A stretch of DNA of 64,000 bases from Octopus vulgaris (lineage: Eukaryota), in assembly GCA_951406725.2 (NCBI GenBank), contig OX597814.1, positions 214,830,001 through 214,894,000 on the forward strand. The letters are read 5' to 3'. The notes beneath the pieces were generated by a model. The model worked only from the letters and a program-made list of their open reading frames with translations. It did no database searches and was not told the DNA's origin. The position numbers and the translations under genes were made by a program. Of this stretch, positions 39,055-51,226 are shown in pieces; within the stretch, counting starts at the first letter, position 1; each line of letters begins with the position of its first letter.

Positions 39055-40160
39055 TTGTGAAGGCAAATTCAACATGAGCTAGATTTGAACTCAGAACGTA
39101 AATGTTCCTAACTCAACACAGTAAAGCATTTAATGTTGCCGCTTCATAAAAATTTCAAATATTCGCACAAGGTAACAAATTCCAAGAGAGATCTCAGTCA
39201 ATGAAATCAATTTCACTTTTTCATTACAATTATTTTTATCGGCTGCATTGATGGCCAGCAAAATCGGTTAGGACGGAAGTGAATTCAGATTGCAAAGGGT
39301 TGTAAATGAATAGTAATGCTCAAATTTTGACACAAGGCCAGCAATTTTAGGGGAGGAGATAAATCGATTACATCGATATCCATACTTAACTGGTACTTAT
39401 TTTATCGATTCAAAAGAATGAATGGTAAAAACGACGTTGAAAGAATATGAACTCAGAACGTGAAGATGGACGGTGCAGTAACGATTCTGTCAGCTCTCCG
39501 CCTTAATGAAGAGTAATATTGGTTTCAAATTTTGGCACAAGGACTGCAATTTTGGGAAAGGGGTAAGTCGATTCATCGACCCCTGTGATCAATTGGTACT
39601 TATTTTATTGACCCCAAAAAGATGAAAGGCAAAGTTGACCTCAGCAGAATTTGAACTCAGAACGTACAGCCGAGCTAAAGATTCTGCCCGGTCATCACCT
39701 TAAGGAAGAGTGACATTGCAATTAATTAATGGAATCGTGAATTGGGAGACTCGCTAGAACATATACCGAAAGGCCAAATTGTGTTTAATTATAGATCCTT
39801 AACTTCTGAGTTCAAATCTTGCCGGTATTAAATTTACTTTTCATCTTCGGGCTCGATAAAATAAGTTCCGATCAAGCGAAAGGTTCGATATAATAGACTA
39901 TATCACCTCGCCCCAAATACTGTCTCTATAACAAAACAGCATAATATACTTAGGTTTATTTTTTGGGATTGGTAGACACAGTAGAGTGACAAACAAAATG
40001 CCTGGGGGTTTCTAGTTTTATACATTTATGTTCTGAGTTCAAATCTTACCGTAGTTGAGTTTGCTTGTCGTATTTTTTTAGGTCCCTAAAATAAAGTACC
40101 AGTTATGTCCTGAAGTCTTTTTAATCGACTAATCTCACTCTTTAAATTTCTGACCTTGTT
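39055..40160. mobile_element. Cluster of old SINE family B copies on both strands
   Basis: Repeated TGAACTCAGAACG and TTCTGAGTTCAAAT motifs with B bodies. Confidence 0.7.
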
Positions 40161-41417
40161 CATTCTTCCAAGGTCTCTATATCAGTGAAAGACTTTAGGT
40201 TGATGTGCACCTCTCCCTAAAAGTAAGAAATCTATGTTTCCTTCGCTCACGATATAAATTTATGAATTTTCTCTTTTTCATTTAAAATTTCTTATTAATT
40301 ACAATTTTCTTGGCTGCAGTATTGTTTCATTATGAATTTGTCCAGAAATGAAAATCCGTTTGTACGGAAAGCCACTGTGGAAGTTTGTTGGTTTGTTTGT
40401 ACGTATGTCTGTACACACTTCCGGGCAAAGGTTAACACATATTATAGACTTATTCATTTACATTCTCACACTATGAAAAGTACAAATATTTCCATATTTA
40501 TGCCCGAAAGAAACAGTTTTATCTTACATTGATTATAGTGCAGACGATTGGAAGTCGGGTTAAATATTTTTATTTATCTTACTCGGCGTCACGCAATTCG
40601 ATTCCCATATGAACCAGGGTTATCTTTAACATTTATCGCTCCAGAGTAGATTAAATTCAATTACGTTAATATATTTGGTTGATATTCTATCCATTACACT
40701 AAATCGTAATTACAGACGGCTACCACACACACACACATACATACATAGATACATACGTATCACTTAATTTCTTCTGAATAATATAGTGCTGTTCTCTGCT
40801 GAGAGACCATAGCTTTTAGTGAGATGAAATTTAAATATCCCCAAAGGAAGGTAGCAATTATCTATCAGCTTTAGCCTAATATATAATCATTGTAAATCAT
40901 ACATAGCTGTCTCTTTATTGTTTAATTAAACCCTTTAAATCATTAACCACATGAAGGGTGCTACAAGCGATAGCTAAGTGTTATAGAATTAAGCTGATTA
41001 CCTTGCAGTTTTAAGCGTCATGTAATCATTGTACTTAAGTTTTGAAAGCTCAGCTATAATATCCCCACAAGAAACCCGAGTTAATTCATTTACTGAAGTT
41101 CTTCGTTTGGCGAAAGAAATCATTGCTAACTACCTAGAATAACTAAAATTGTTTTCTTCCTACTTTCTTCAAATTTTTGAATTAAAGAAAAAAATTCTTT
41201 TTTTATGTTATTTTATCGCTTTTAGTAGCATTTCAGAAATTGATGGTAAATACGAAAGATGAAAGAGCAAACCGTATAATAAAATGTTTTAAAGTCTAAT
41301 TTATTAAACCGTAGAAAGTTAAACGCTATAAAAACGAGTGAATGAGTAACTGAAGATCGAAGTTATTCTTTCAGTTGGTTGTATCAATTACAAGTTCAGT
41401 TTCAGATATCAAAAAAT

Positions 41418-41832
41418 GGATCTTTTCGGTTTGAACGGCAGTTTTTTCTAGCGGTGTCATATGAAATTGTCACCCATAATTATGACCCTAGTATCGATCT
41501 ATTGCATTTCAATCTGTTTTAGGGTTAGGGGTGGGGGGAAGGGTATCTTTTTTTTCTTCAGAAATGTAAATAAACCGAATCTGTTTCTTAAACGAGGGAC
41601 ATATTCATACGGCACAGAATGGTTTTTACCTCAATAGACGTCAGTGATTGGTTGAAATTGCAGAAATTGAAGGAAAAAAAAAACAACAAATATCTTACAA
41701 ACGATAGAATTTTCTCAATAAAGCCAAGAGAAAACGATGTTTTATAAACACATTCTACCAGTATACAAAGTTAAACATTTTTTAGTTACCTAGAAATTAT
41801 ATTAAAAACTGCCGTTCAAACCTAAAAGATCC
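41418..41832. mobile_element. MITE with 29-bp GG-terminal TIRs (possibly Merlin-type)
   Basis: GGATCTTTTCGGTTTGAACGGCAGTTTTT versus AAAAACTGCCGTTCAAACCTAAAAGATCC (one mismatch). Confidence 0.85.
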
Positions 41833-42095
41833 CCCAAAATATTCAGAAAATAAGATTAGATTGTGTCTATGCTCAAAGAGAAGTAAAACTGAAAAATGTC
41901 TTGCGTAAGTACGTAACTGCGTACGTAAAGCGAAACACTTTCAGTCACACCGTTTTTGTTTGCAAGGAGTTACTAAGAAAATATGTTAATATCGTTTGTC
42001 AATCGACAGGGAATGTATATGATAAAGTGCTGTCTTAACCCCGTTGTCACCTGTTCTAAATTTCTTGATTTCATCTACTATCTTAGTACAGCTTA

Positions 42096-42450
42096 GTGGA
42101 GGCGCAATGGCCCAGTGGTTAGGGCAGCGGACTCGCGGTCATAGGATCGCGGTTTCGATTCCCAGACCGGGCGTTGTGAGTGTTTATTGAGCGAAAACAC
42201 CTAAAAGCTCCGTGAGGCTCCGGCAGGGGATGGTGGTGATCCCTGCTATACTCTTTCACCACAACTTTCTCTCACTCTTACTTCCTGTTTCTGTTGTACC
42301 TGTATTTTCAAAGGGCCGGCCTTGTCACTCTCTGTGTCACGCTGAATATCCCCGAGAACTACGTTAAGGGTACACGTGTCTGTGGAGAGCTCAGCCACTT
42401 ACACGTTAATTTCACGAGCAGGCTGTTCCGACGGAGTGCTTCCATCCCCC
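42096..42450 (+). mobile_element. tRNA-derived SINE family C with a small 3' deletion
   Basis: A box TGGCCCAGTGG, B box GTTTCGATTCC, TSD AGTACAGCTTA. Confidence 0.9.
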
Positions 42451-42854
42451 AGTACAGCTTAAATGTTAACAACAAATATCAATCTTAATTTGTTGTATTT
42501 GTATTATACAAGGAATCTCCAGCACTGTATAATTTAGTTTTCAAGAAGTCACACTTGTATTTCGTGTAATGCAACTGTGACTGCCATCAAATATTACAAC
42601 ACGTCTATGTAAAAGATCTAATCCATTACTGGGATCGATTTTTCACCTCTCTCGCTTTCAGGCTTTCTCCTTTTCTCTCTCTGCTCCTCTCCATGTCTTT
42701 CAGAAAGAAACTGGCTGTGCTCAAACTTGAAGAAGGAAAGACTTTATCAGGTTCAGAACATTTCAGATACGCCGTATATTGTTTAGAAGAGCAGCCTCCT
42801 AAATGAAGTTTACTGACATTACACGGATTTACACCTAACTTTTCCCCAGTATTT

Positions 42855-42917
<63 letters not shown>

Positions 42918-42929
42918 AACATAATACAT

Positions 42930-43253
42930 ATTGTTTGATGAATTTGTTCGAAATTTTACCGGGTATAAGTCTGCGCAGTGGTTTGAAAAGTTAGGATATA
43001 CAAACTGTTAGTTCTACATGTGGATCTGGTTGTCTGTATGTCTGAAATCTAAAGGCTATCCCACTGATGAAAACTGGCCTTCAGCGAATATTCTTTTGCT
43101 GGAAATAGTTAGAAACCATGGTCTGGGAAATAGTTGAGATGGTAAACGTTTTTAATTCTCATTCCTTTCGAGAATTTATCCTTTTTTTGTGGTTTTTGAG
43201 ATTTCTACTGCTCTTTCTAGCACAACGCTGTCTTATTTGGAAGCCTCTTATTG

Positions 43254-43258
<5 letters not shown>
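42930..43258 (+). mobile_element. Hammerhead-bearing segment between microsatellites (Penelope pseudo-LTR or retrozyme-like)
   Basis: Contains the ribozyme at 43054-43135; bounded by (TA)n and (CT)n/(TA)n. Confidence 0.55.
43054..43135 (+). ncRNA. Type I hammerhead ribozyme
   Basis: Stem I UCCCA/UGGGA extended by GGCUA/UAGUU. Core CUGAUGA at 43064-70. Long stem II: AACU/AGUU plus UUCAGCGAA/UUUGCUGGA. GAAA at 43112-15. Palindromic stem III ACCAUGGU. GUC triplet, predicted cut after 43123. Confidence 0.8.
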
Positions 43259-43320
<62 letters not shown>

Positions 43321-43351
43321 ATATATAGATATATATATATATATATATACA

Positions 43352-44377
43352 CAGACATGACAGAAGTAAATAGACAACCCATAAAACATCGTTTAATGTT
43401 TATTCTAACTTATAAAGATTTATATTTTTTATTAATTGACATTTTCATGTTTCAGGTTCTATATTTACTGTTTAATCATGCCATGTACAGACATGGAACT
43501 GTCCGAATTTCAAAGAGACCGTATAGTGGGTCATTCTGAAGGTGGACATAGTCTGCGTAAAATCGCAGAAAACCTTCGGCTCCCGCTTTCAACAGTTAAT
43601 AGAGTGATTGCGCAATTCACCAGAGAAGGAGAGTCCGCATCACCGCACCCAGCTCAACCAGGGCCCTCTAACAGGACCCTTCTCTTTGTTAAGAGAAGTA
43701 TGGAGGTTAATCCTCGTTGCAAGACCTCTAACATAGCACAACAAGTTGATGTCGGTCCCAGAACAGCTGTCAGGTATCCCCACAAACTTGGTTACTATGG
43801 CTGAGCAGCAAGAAGGAAGCCACTTCTTCGATCAGCCAACATCAAGCGGAGAAAAGATTGGGTCGGTGAGATGGTGGATAAGCCACTAATATTTTGGGAT
43901 ACTGTCATATTCTCTGATGAGTCCAGATACTCTGTATTTCCTGACAATAGTCGAGTGTGGGTCTGGAGACTCTGCGATCAAGAATTTGATGTGAAAAGAT
44001 TGTAGCCAAGAACGAAACCTGTGATGACCTGGAGAGCAATTTGGAGCAATGGTTGATCAGAGCTGGTGTAGTATGAAGAAAACATAAATTCAGATAAATA
44101 TGTGTCCATATTGCAGAAAGGACTCCTTCTAATCTTCTCCAGTGGTGAAATGATTAAAGAAGGCTCTATATTTATGGAGGACAGAGCTCCTTGTCACACG
44201 ACTAAAATAACCCAAGATCTGTTGGATGAGAATGACATTAAAAAGCTTCCATGGTCAAGCCAGTCACTAGATATGAATCCTATTGAACACCACAGGGATA
44301 TAACGGACAGGACACTTCATAAAAAGAAAAAGAAAGCATCTTCAAAGCCAGATACGTATTTTGAGATTAATACCTAA
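43352..44377 (+). mobile_element. Tc1-like transposon with disrupted transposase
   Basis: [12 protein letters not shown] helix-turn-helix, AARRKPLL, VIFSDESR, FMEDRAPCH..WSSQSLDMNPIEH (DD34E); in-frame stops; 3' truncated. Confidence 0.9.
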
Positions 44378-44380
44378 AAC

Positions 44381-44418
<38 letters not shown>

Positions 44419-44419
<1 letters not shown>

Positions 44420-44708
44420 GTGCAGGCGTGATTGTGGTAAGAAGCTTGCTTCCCAACCATATTGTTCTGACTTCAGTCCCACTATGTAGCACCTTGGGCA
44501 AGTGTTTTCTACTATAGCCTCGGGCCGACCAAAGCCTTGTGAATGGATTTTATAGACGGATACTAAAAGAAACCCGTCGTACGTATGTATATATCTATGT
44601 GTGTGTGTCTTGGTTTTTGTGCAAAAGAGAACGATTTGTTCGACTAAAGTCCTTGAAGACCGTGCCTGTGCATGGCTGCAGTCAAAATGACTGAAACAAG
44701 TAAAAAGA
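44419..44708 (+). mobile_element. SINE family A, internally deleted
   Basis: Head and tail match. Confidence 0.8.
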
Positions 44709-44715
44709 TAGGACA

Positions 44716-44803
<88 letters not shown>

Positions 44804-44839
44804 CACGCACGCACACCCCTTAGTATATATTTCTCACTA

Positions 44840-45071
44840 AGGCGGTGAGCTGGTAGAAACGTTAGCACGCCGGGCGAAATGTGTAGCCGTATTTCGTCTG
44901 CCGTTACGTTCTGAGTTCAAATTCCGCCGAGGTCGACTTTGCCTTTCATCCTTTCGGGGTCGATAAATTAAGTACCAGTTACGCAATGGGGTCGATGTAA
45001 TCGACTTTATCCGTTTGTCTGTCCTTGTTTATCCCCTCTGTGTTTAGCCCCTTGTGGGTAGTAAAGAAATA
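44840..45071 (+). mobile_element. SINE family B, young tail
   Basis: TSD-like TATATATTTCT(C/T)ACTA. Confidence 0.9.
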
Positions 45072-46768
45072 TATATTTCTTACTAGGGCATAAGTCCCAA
45101 ATTAATAAATGCGCTTGTTTGCCATTCTAACCTTTTCAGGTAATAAAATAGTTTTAACTGGGATTCGAGATCGGATCACAAATTCGACTTGTCGAGGATG
45201 TCTTTTTCGTTTTCCGTCTCTCGCCATTTGTTAATTTGATTCTAACAATGCTGTAAATCAGTAGGGGATGATATGATCGATTTGCAATGTCTCAGTTTTC
45301 TATTGGTACTGCTTTTATCGACCAAGGAGACGAAAAGATTTAATACTGAGTGAATTCATTTTGGCATTTTAATTAATTTCTTTACGATATATGGTGGGAA
45401 TAAGATTAAAACTCTGTTTATGTAAACTGGTTTATAACAAGTGCATCGTTTCTCATATTTCAGAAACAATTATCTTTCCATAAGAATAACTTGTTAATTT
45501 CTCTGTTTTCTAATTCTTTTCTTATTTCAATTCTGTAAAGCAAATTCATATTAAGATGTTCGTTTCTATGATGCAATCCCAATGCTTTAGGGAGGGTTCA
45601 GTTGTTTCCTGCCCATTTCTCCAGATAAGAAATCATGGAAAAGGATGATTAGACATTTTTGTCTTTCCAAGGGAGATTAAATGAAATATTCAATAAATTC
45701 AGGAATCAATACCACGTCTGAGATTCGACTTGCCTGGTGGTTGTTTACAATATGAAAGCTCTTCACTGGTACATTTTTACCACATAACACTACTATGAAC
45801 GTTAACCCACGCGAATCATCCCGAAATGATCGATGAACAAAGAACATTAAAACGCATTTACATTTTCTCGCAGACTTATGCTATTTTGATTAAGTAATAA
45901 CTTTATGTAATCGTACATTTGATTTCAACTTTTCAAATATAGGATTTTAATTCAATAAACCGTTATTGTCAAAGATTGAATAGGCAGCTCTCATTCAACT
46001 AAATAATGATGATATACCGTACTGCAATAATATTTTCAATAGGAATGTATTCCGTTGTGTTCATATCGATATTTGTGAAGGTATGAGTAGTTGAACATGA
46101 TTAATTACTTTCACTGACAAGGGACATAGTCGAATTTGAATTTACTTAATGTAATATTAATCATGTTATGAAAACATCTGACCTCATTACTCTGAATCTT
46201 TCTGCAAAGAAGATTCTTAGCACTCCAATTATTTGTACTGGTTTCTAAGCTCATCGGAAAGTATTTATGACAATGAAGATTGATATTTTTTTTTATCGAC
46301 GAAGCAAATAACGACATTTTATAGTTGGCTATAAATGTCATTATCAATGTTAATAAATAATACTAATGATCATAAAGGAAATAAACATGTGATAATGACA
46401 AAAAAGAAAAACAAAAAAAATCTGTGAGTAAACTAACGCCATCTATTATTTTGATTATAGTAACATCCGAAATATTTTCTCCTAGCAACAATCTAATTTC
46501 ATAATATTTTTAATGTACACTTAATTTATATTTTTTTTTTTATAAAATAGTCATAGGACGAGAGTCAGTGGTCATGACCTTTGCATGACTTCCGAGACTG
46601 GTATTGATGTGGTTGTTGACGAGTGAACGTAAAAAGCAAAAAAAAACAAAAAACAAACGAAACGATCCCCACCCCACAAAAAAAAGACACAAAAAATAGA
46701 TAGGGTAGGAATTGTATAGGTTTGCAGTTCTAAAAAGGAGTGATTAGGTGAAATATTTAATGCATAGT

Positions 46769-47154
46769 GGATGGAAGCACTCCGTCGGTTACGACGACGA
46801 GGGTTCCGGTTGATCCGATCAACGGAACAGCCTGCTCGTGAAATTAACGTGTAAGTGGCTGAGCACTCCACAGACACGTGTACCCTTAACGTAGTTCTCG
46901 GGGATATTCAGCGTGACACAGAGAGTGACAAGGCCGGCCCTTTGAAATACAGGTACAACAGAAACAGGAAGTAAGAATGAGAGAAAGTTGTGGTGAAAGA
47001 GTACAGCAGGGATCACCACCATCCCCTGCCGGAGCCTCGTGGAGCTTTTAGGTGTTTTCGCTCAATAAACACTCACAACGCCCGGTCTGGGAATCGAAAC
47101 CGCGATCCTACGACCGCGAGTCCGCTGCCCTAACCACTGGGCCATTGCGCCTCC
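46769..47154 (-). mobile_element. SINE family C
   Basis: Full length; TSD TAATGCATAGT. Confidence 0.92.
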
Positions 47155-47385
47155 TAATGCATAGTACTGGGGTGAGTCGCTGTAAAAATGACGGGAAAAG
47201 AAAAGAGATGCCGGACGAGTAGGGCCAGAGGAAAGAGATGCGGATTTCACGAGTTCTTTAAAGGAAAGTGCAGTGGAAAGAAGTGCCTCAGTAGAATTTG
47301 TTATCCTTAGACGGGAAGCTCGACTGTTTTCAACCGAGTAAACTATCCTAAAGGCATTCAGGTTGTGGTGTTAAAGCGGAAGGCA

Positions 47386-47801
47386 TACTCTTTTACTCTT
47401 TTACTTGTTTCAGTCATTTGACTGCGGCCATGCTGGAGCACCACCTTTTAGTCGAGCAATTCGACCCCGGGACTTATTCTTTGTAAGCCCAGTACTTATT
47501 CTATCAGTCTCTTTTTGCCGAACCGCTAAGTGGCGGGGACGTAAACACACCAGCATCGGTTGTCAAGCAATGCTAGAGGGAGAAACACAGACACAAACAC
47601 ACACATACATACATATATATATATATATATACATATATACGACAGGCTTCTTTCAGTTTCCGTCTACCAAATCCACTCACAAGGCATTGGTTGGCCCGGG
47701 GCTATAGCAGAAGACACTTGCCCAAGATGCCACGCATTGGGACTGAACCCGGAACCATGTGGTTGGTTAGCAAGCTACTTACCACACAGCCACTCCTGCG
47801 C
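47386..47801 (-). mobile_element. SINE family A
   Basis: Full-length reverse-complement match. Confidence 0.9.
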
Positions 47802-47854
47802 ATGTTGACTTATTACAACATCAAAGTAGAAAGTAGAACCTTCTTTGTTATTTT

Positions 47855-48048
47855 ACCCTGGGATTAGCTCCGATTGAGTAGACCTATGATCAGAAATATT
47901 TTAATTATGATCATTCCCGTGTTTTAGGGATATCTAAGACTACATTATCCAAAGTGTCCTTTCCCTTTTCTAAAACTGTAGGGTGTGTTGTGATGAGAGA
48001 TTTGGCTACTATTTTGAGTAGGTTGAACGACCGCGTAAAGGCTCCCGT
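47855..48048 (-). mobile_element. Old repeat family E
   Basis: Similar to 11315-11515. Confidence 0.55.
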
Positions 48049-48876
48049 GATATTAGAACAAGACATATCTTATTGGATTCAGATCCCAGGCATAGTATTT
48101 TTTTTCTTCTGCGATTTGCAATGTCTTTGCTTTGGCTAAAGAAGCTCTATATTTCCTAAGGCAGTTTACTTATATATGATTGCAAGTTTGCAAGGCTATC
48201 AGTACTGTAGCTGCCCAGAGATAAAGGTTATTGCCTTTGTCATTTTGACCAATTCATAACAATACTTTTGCTCTCTATGAACTTGAAGTCTTACCAACTA
48301 TTGTTATTTCTGCTCAACTGAAATAGATTGTTTCTAAATATCTCAATTATTTTCTAGGCTATCATCTTTGTTCTGTTATTTCCTACTTAGAAGATAAACA
48401 TATATTCTATTTATGAAATGAATTATCCAGAATCTATTTCCGTCTAATACTTTTTAAATTTCTTTAGCTTAATTCGCATGATCTCTTTAGGAATGATTTC
48501 TTTTCTGTAATAGAGTTGGCGTATATCTAGTAACAATACATATTTCTAATTTAGGCACAAGGCATTTTCCCCGTTTAAGAGTGAAGATTTAATCTTCACA
48601 CCAACATATATAAGCCAACGAGTGACGAAGAGAGGGGCTGCTTGAAATAAGCGTCAAGTAGATCGTGGGTATGTTTTGGTCAATGCAGACGAAACTTTCA
48701 TCTTGGAGATGCAGAAGCTACGGAAAGAAAATTAGTCGGGTGAAGGCAAAAAATTTTAAGCCATCGTCGAGTTGTTTAAATAAAAACAGGAATAATACAT
48801 GCACGCGCACATGCGCACCCACACACACACATACACACATACACACACTTATGTATATATATATGTATATATATAA

Positions 48877-49000
48877 GTCGGCCCGGGGCTATAGCAGAAG
48901 ACACGTGGCATCTTGGGCAAGTGTCTTCTGCTATAGCCCCGGGCCGACCAATGCCTTGTGAGTGGAATTGGTAGACGGAAACTGAAAGAAGCCTGTCGTA

Positions 49001-49071
<71 letters not shown>

Positions 49072-49292
49072 ATGTGTTTGTGTGTCTGTGTTTGTCCCCC
49101 TAGCATTGCTTGACAACCGATGCTGGTGTGTTTACGTCCCCGTCACTTAGCGGTTCGGCAAAAGAGACCGATAGAATAAGTACTGGGCTTACAAAGAATA
49201 AGTCCCGGGGTCGATTTGCTCGACTAAAGGCGGTGCTCCAGCATGGCCGCAGTCAAATGACTGAAACAAGTAAAAGAGTAAAGAGTAAAGAG
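48877..49292 (+). mobile_element. SINE family A, 5' truncated with fold-back inversion
   Basis: Perfect 28-bp inverted repeat 48877-48904 / 48921-48948. Confidence 0.9.
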
Positions 49293-49706
49293 TATATGTT
49301 TATCTGTATGAACGGTCGAGAAGAGGAGGCCCAGTTACTACAAATGTGGGAAGCCACAAACCTGTAAGGGCTTCTGCTCACAGCGAAGTGCAAGAAAAGA
49401 ATCCTTGCGGCCAGTGCCATAAATACAACAGCAACAATATTAACAAGGGGAGCTGCAGCAACAACAACAAAAAGGGAAGCACTTTCTGTAGCAGCGCCAT
49501 CAGCATGAGCAGCAACAAAAGCACCCTCAACGACAACAACAACATCATAACATAGCCCCAAAAGATAGTTCTACCACTACCGTAAGCAAAACTATAAAAA
49601 TCCCCACCCCACATCTTTTAGACCATCAAAACATATATTCATACAAAAACTCTCGAACATACTCATAAACTCATTCTTTTCTAACGCTCTTCGAGACTTT
49701 GTTGGA

Positions 49707-49769
<63 letters not shown>

Positions 49770-50240
49770 ATCTTTATTGCTATCACCTCAACAACAAAAA
49801 AATTCTGAAACACAACTACAAGCAAAACCACGTGACAGCAAAAACAGAAACAAGTGCAGGAACAAGAACAGAAAAGAAACAAACAAACAACCAAACACCG
49901 AATCATCCACGTGAACAAATTTACATATAGGTAGCGTAATGGACATAGTTTTGATGCACTAATTACCGAAAATTAGGAAAGCGACTCCTCCAATCATTCA
50001 TCACAAGTGCAAGGAGAGAGATTATCATACCAGCTGATAATATCGTTAACGAAAGTTGCTTCATCAAGAGAATCAGCATAAATACATTTTGTTTGCAAAT
50101 GTAATCACCCTGTCCTAGGTTATGTAAAACCCCCTCAACAGGGAGACAAAATCAAAAGGTATGCACCGTGGAAATGGATATGCTCATGTTTCTGGAGAAA
50201 CTGTTGAGTGAAAAACGATGTCCTATATAGTCTACAAAAA

Positions 50241-50470
50241 GGCGGTGAGCTGGCAGAAACGTTAGCGTGCCGGGCGAAATGCTTAGCGGTATTTCGTCTG
50301 TCAATACGTTCTGAGTTCAAATTCCGCCGAGGTCGACTTTGCCTTTCATTCTCTCGGGGTCGATAAAAAAAGTACCAGTTTCGAACTGGGTCGATGTAAT
50401 CGACTTAATCCGTTTGTCTGTCCTTGTGTGCCCCCTCTATGTTTAGCCCCTTGTGGGTAGTAAAGAAATA
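50241..50470 (+). mobile_element. SINE family B, young tail
   Basis: TSD TATATAGTCTACAAA. Confidence 0.9.
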
Positions 50471-50830
50471 TATATAGTCTACAAATATATCAGTTGCAAG
50501 ACTAAAGAAAAGTGCTTGATAGAAGTATGGAGGGCTATAACGTATGTAAGCAGACACAAAAATTTCGAAGAGCTATATAATGGTATTATGCGCCTCTGAA
50601 AGTTATCTCCACTTGCTATCCTATAACTGGCGACATGTAACCAGAGTCATAATACTTGAAATTTTACTACATACTACTTTCTGAAAGAATATGAAGAGAT
50701 AATCGAAACAAAATCGGCTACTTCCTATGACTGGCTGGTAGTCCGGCTGTGGCTAAAATTGCTACTCTTCATGGCAGGCATTTTAACAGGCAATTCCGAG
50801 AATATTCACCTAAAGTATTCACCAAATAAG

Positions 50831-51226
50831 TGGAGGTGCAATGGCCCAGTGGTTAGGGCAGCGGACTCGCGGTCATAGGATCGCGGTTTCGATTCCCAGA
50901 CCGGGCGTTGTGAGTGTTTATTGAGCGAAAACACCTAAAAGCTCCACGAGGCTCCGGCAGGGGATGGTGGTGATCCCTGCTGTACTCTTTCACCACAACT
51001 TTCTCTCACTCTTACTTCCTGTTTCTGTTGAACCTGTATTTCAAGGGGCCGGCCTTGTCACTCTCTGTGTCACGCTGAATATCCCCGAGAACTACGTTAA
51101 GGGTGCACGTGTCTGTGGAGTGCTCAGCCACTTACACGTTAATTTCACGAGCAGGCTGTTCCGTTGAATCGGATCAACCGGAACCCTCATCGTCGTAACC
51201 GACGGAGTGCTTCCACGCTTCCACCA
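50831..51226 (+). mobile_element. SINE family C
   Basis: Full length; TSD CACCAAATAAG. Confidence 0.92.

Noticed and set aside
41499-41512. TTAGGG repeats as an interstitial telomere
   Set aside because: Only two units, inside a MITE.
42096-42172. tRNA gene calls at SINE heads (also 32409, 46769, 50831)
   Set aside because: A and B boxes are present but there is no complete acceptor stem; each continues into a SINE body with a TSD.
42704-42806. Possible terminal exon KKLAVLKLEEGKTLSGSEHFRYAVYCLEEQPPK after a polypyrimidine tract and CAG
   Set aside because: Short, no recognisable homology and no partner exons; needs RNA-seq.
43912-43950. CTGATGAGTCC resembling a hammerhead core
   Set aside because: Encodes the Tc1 FSDES motif; no stem II/GAAA arrangement follows.
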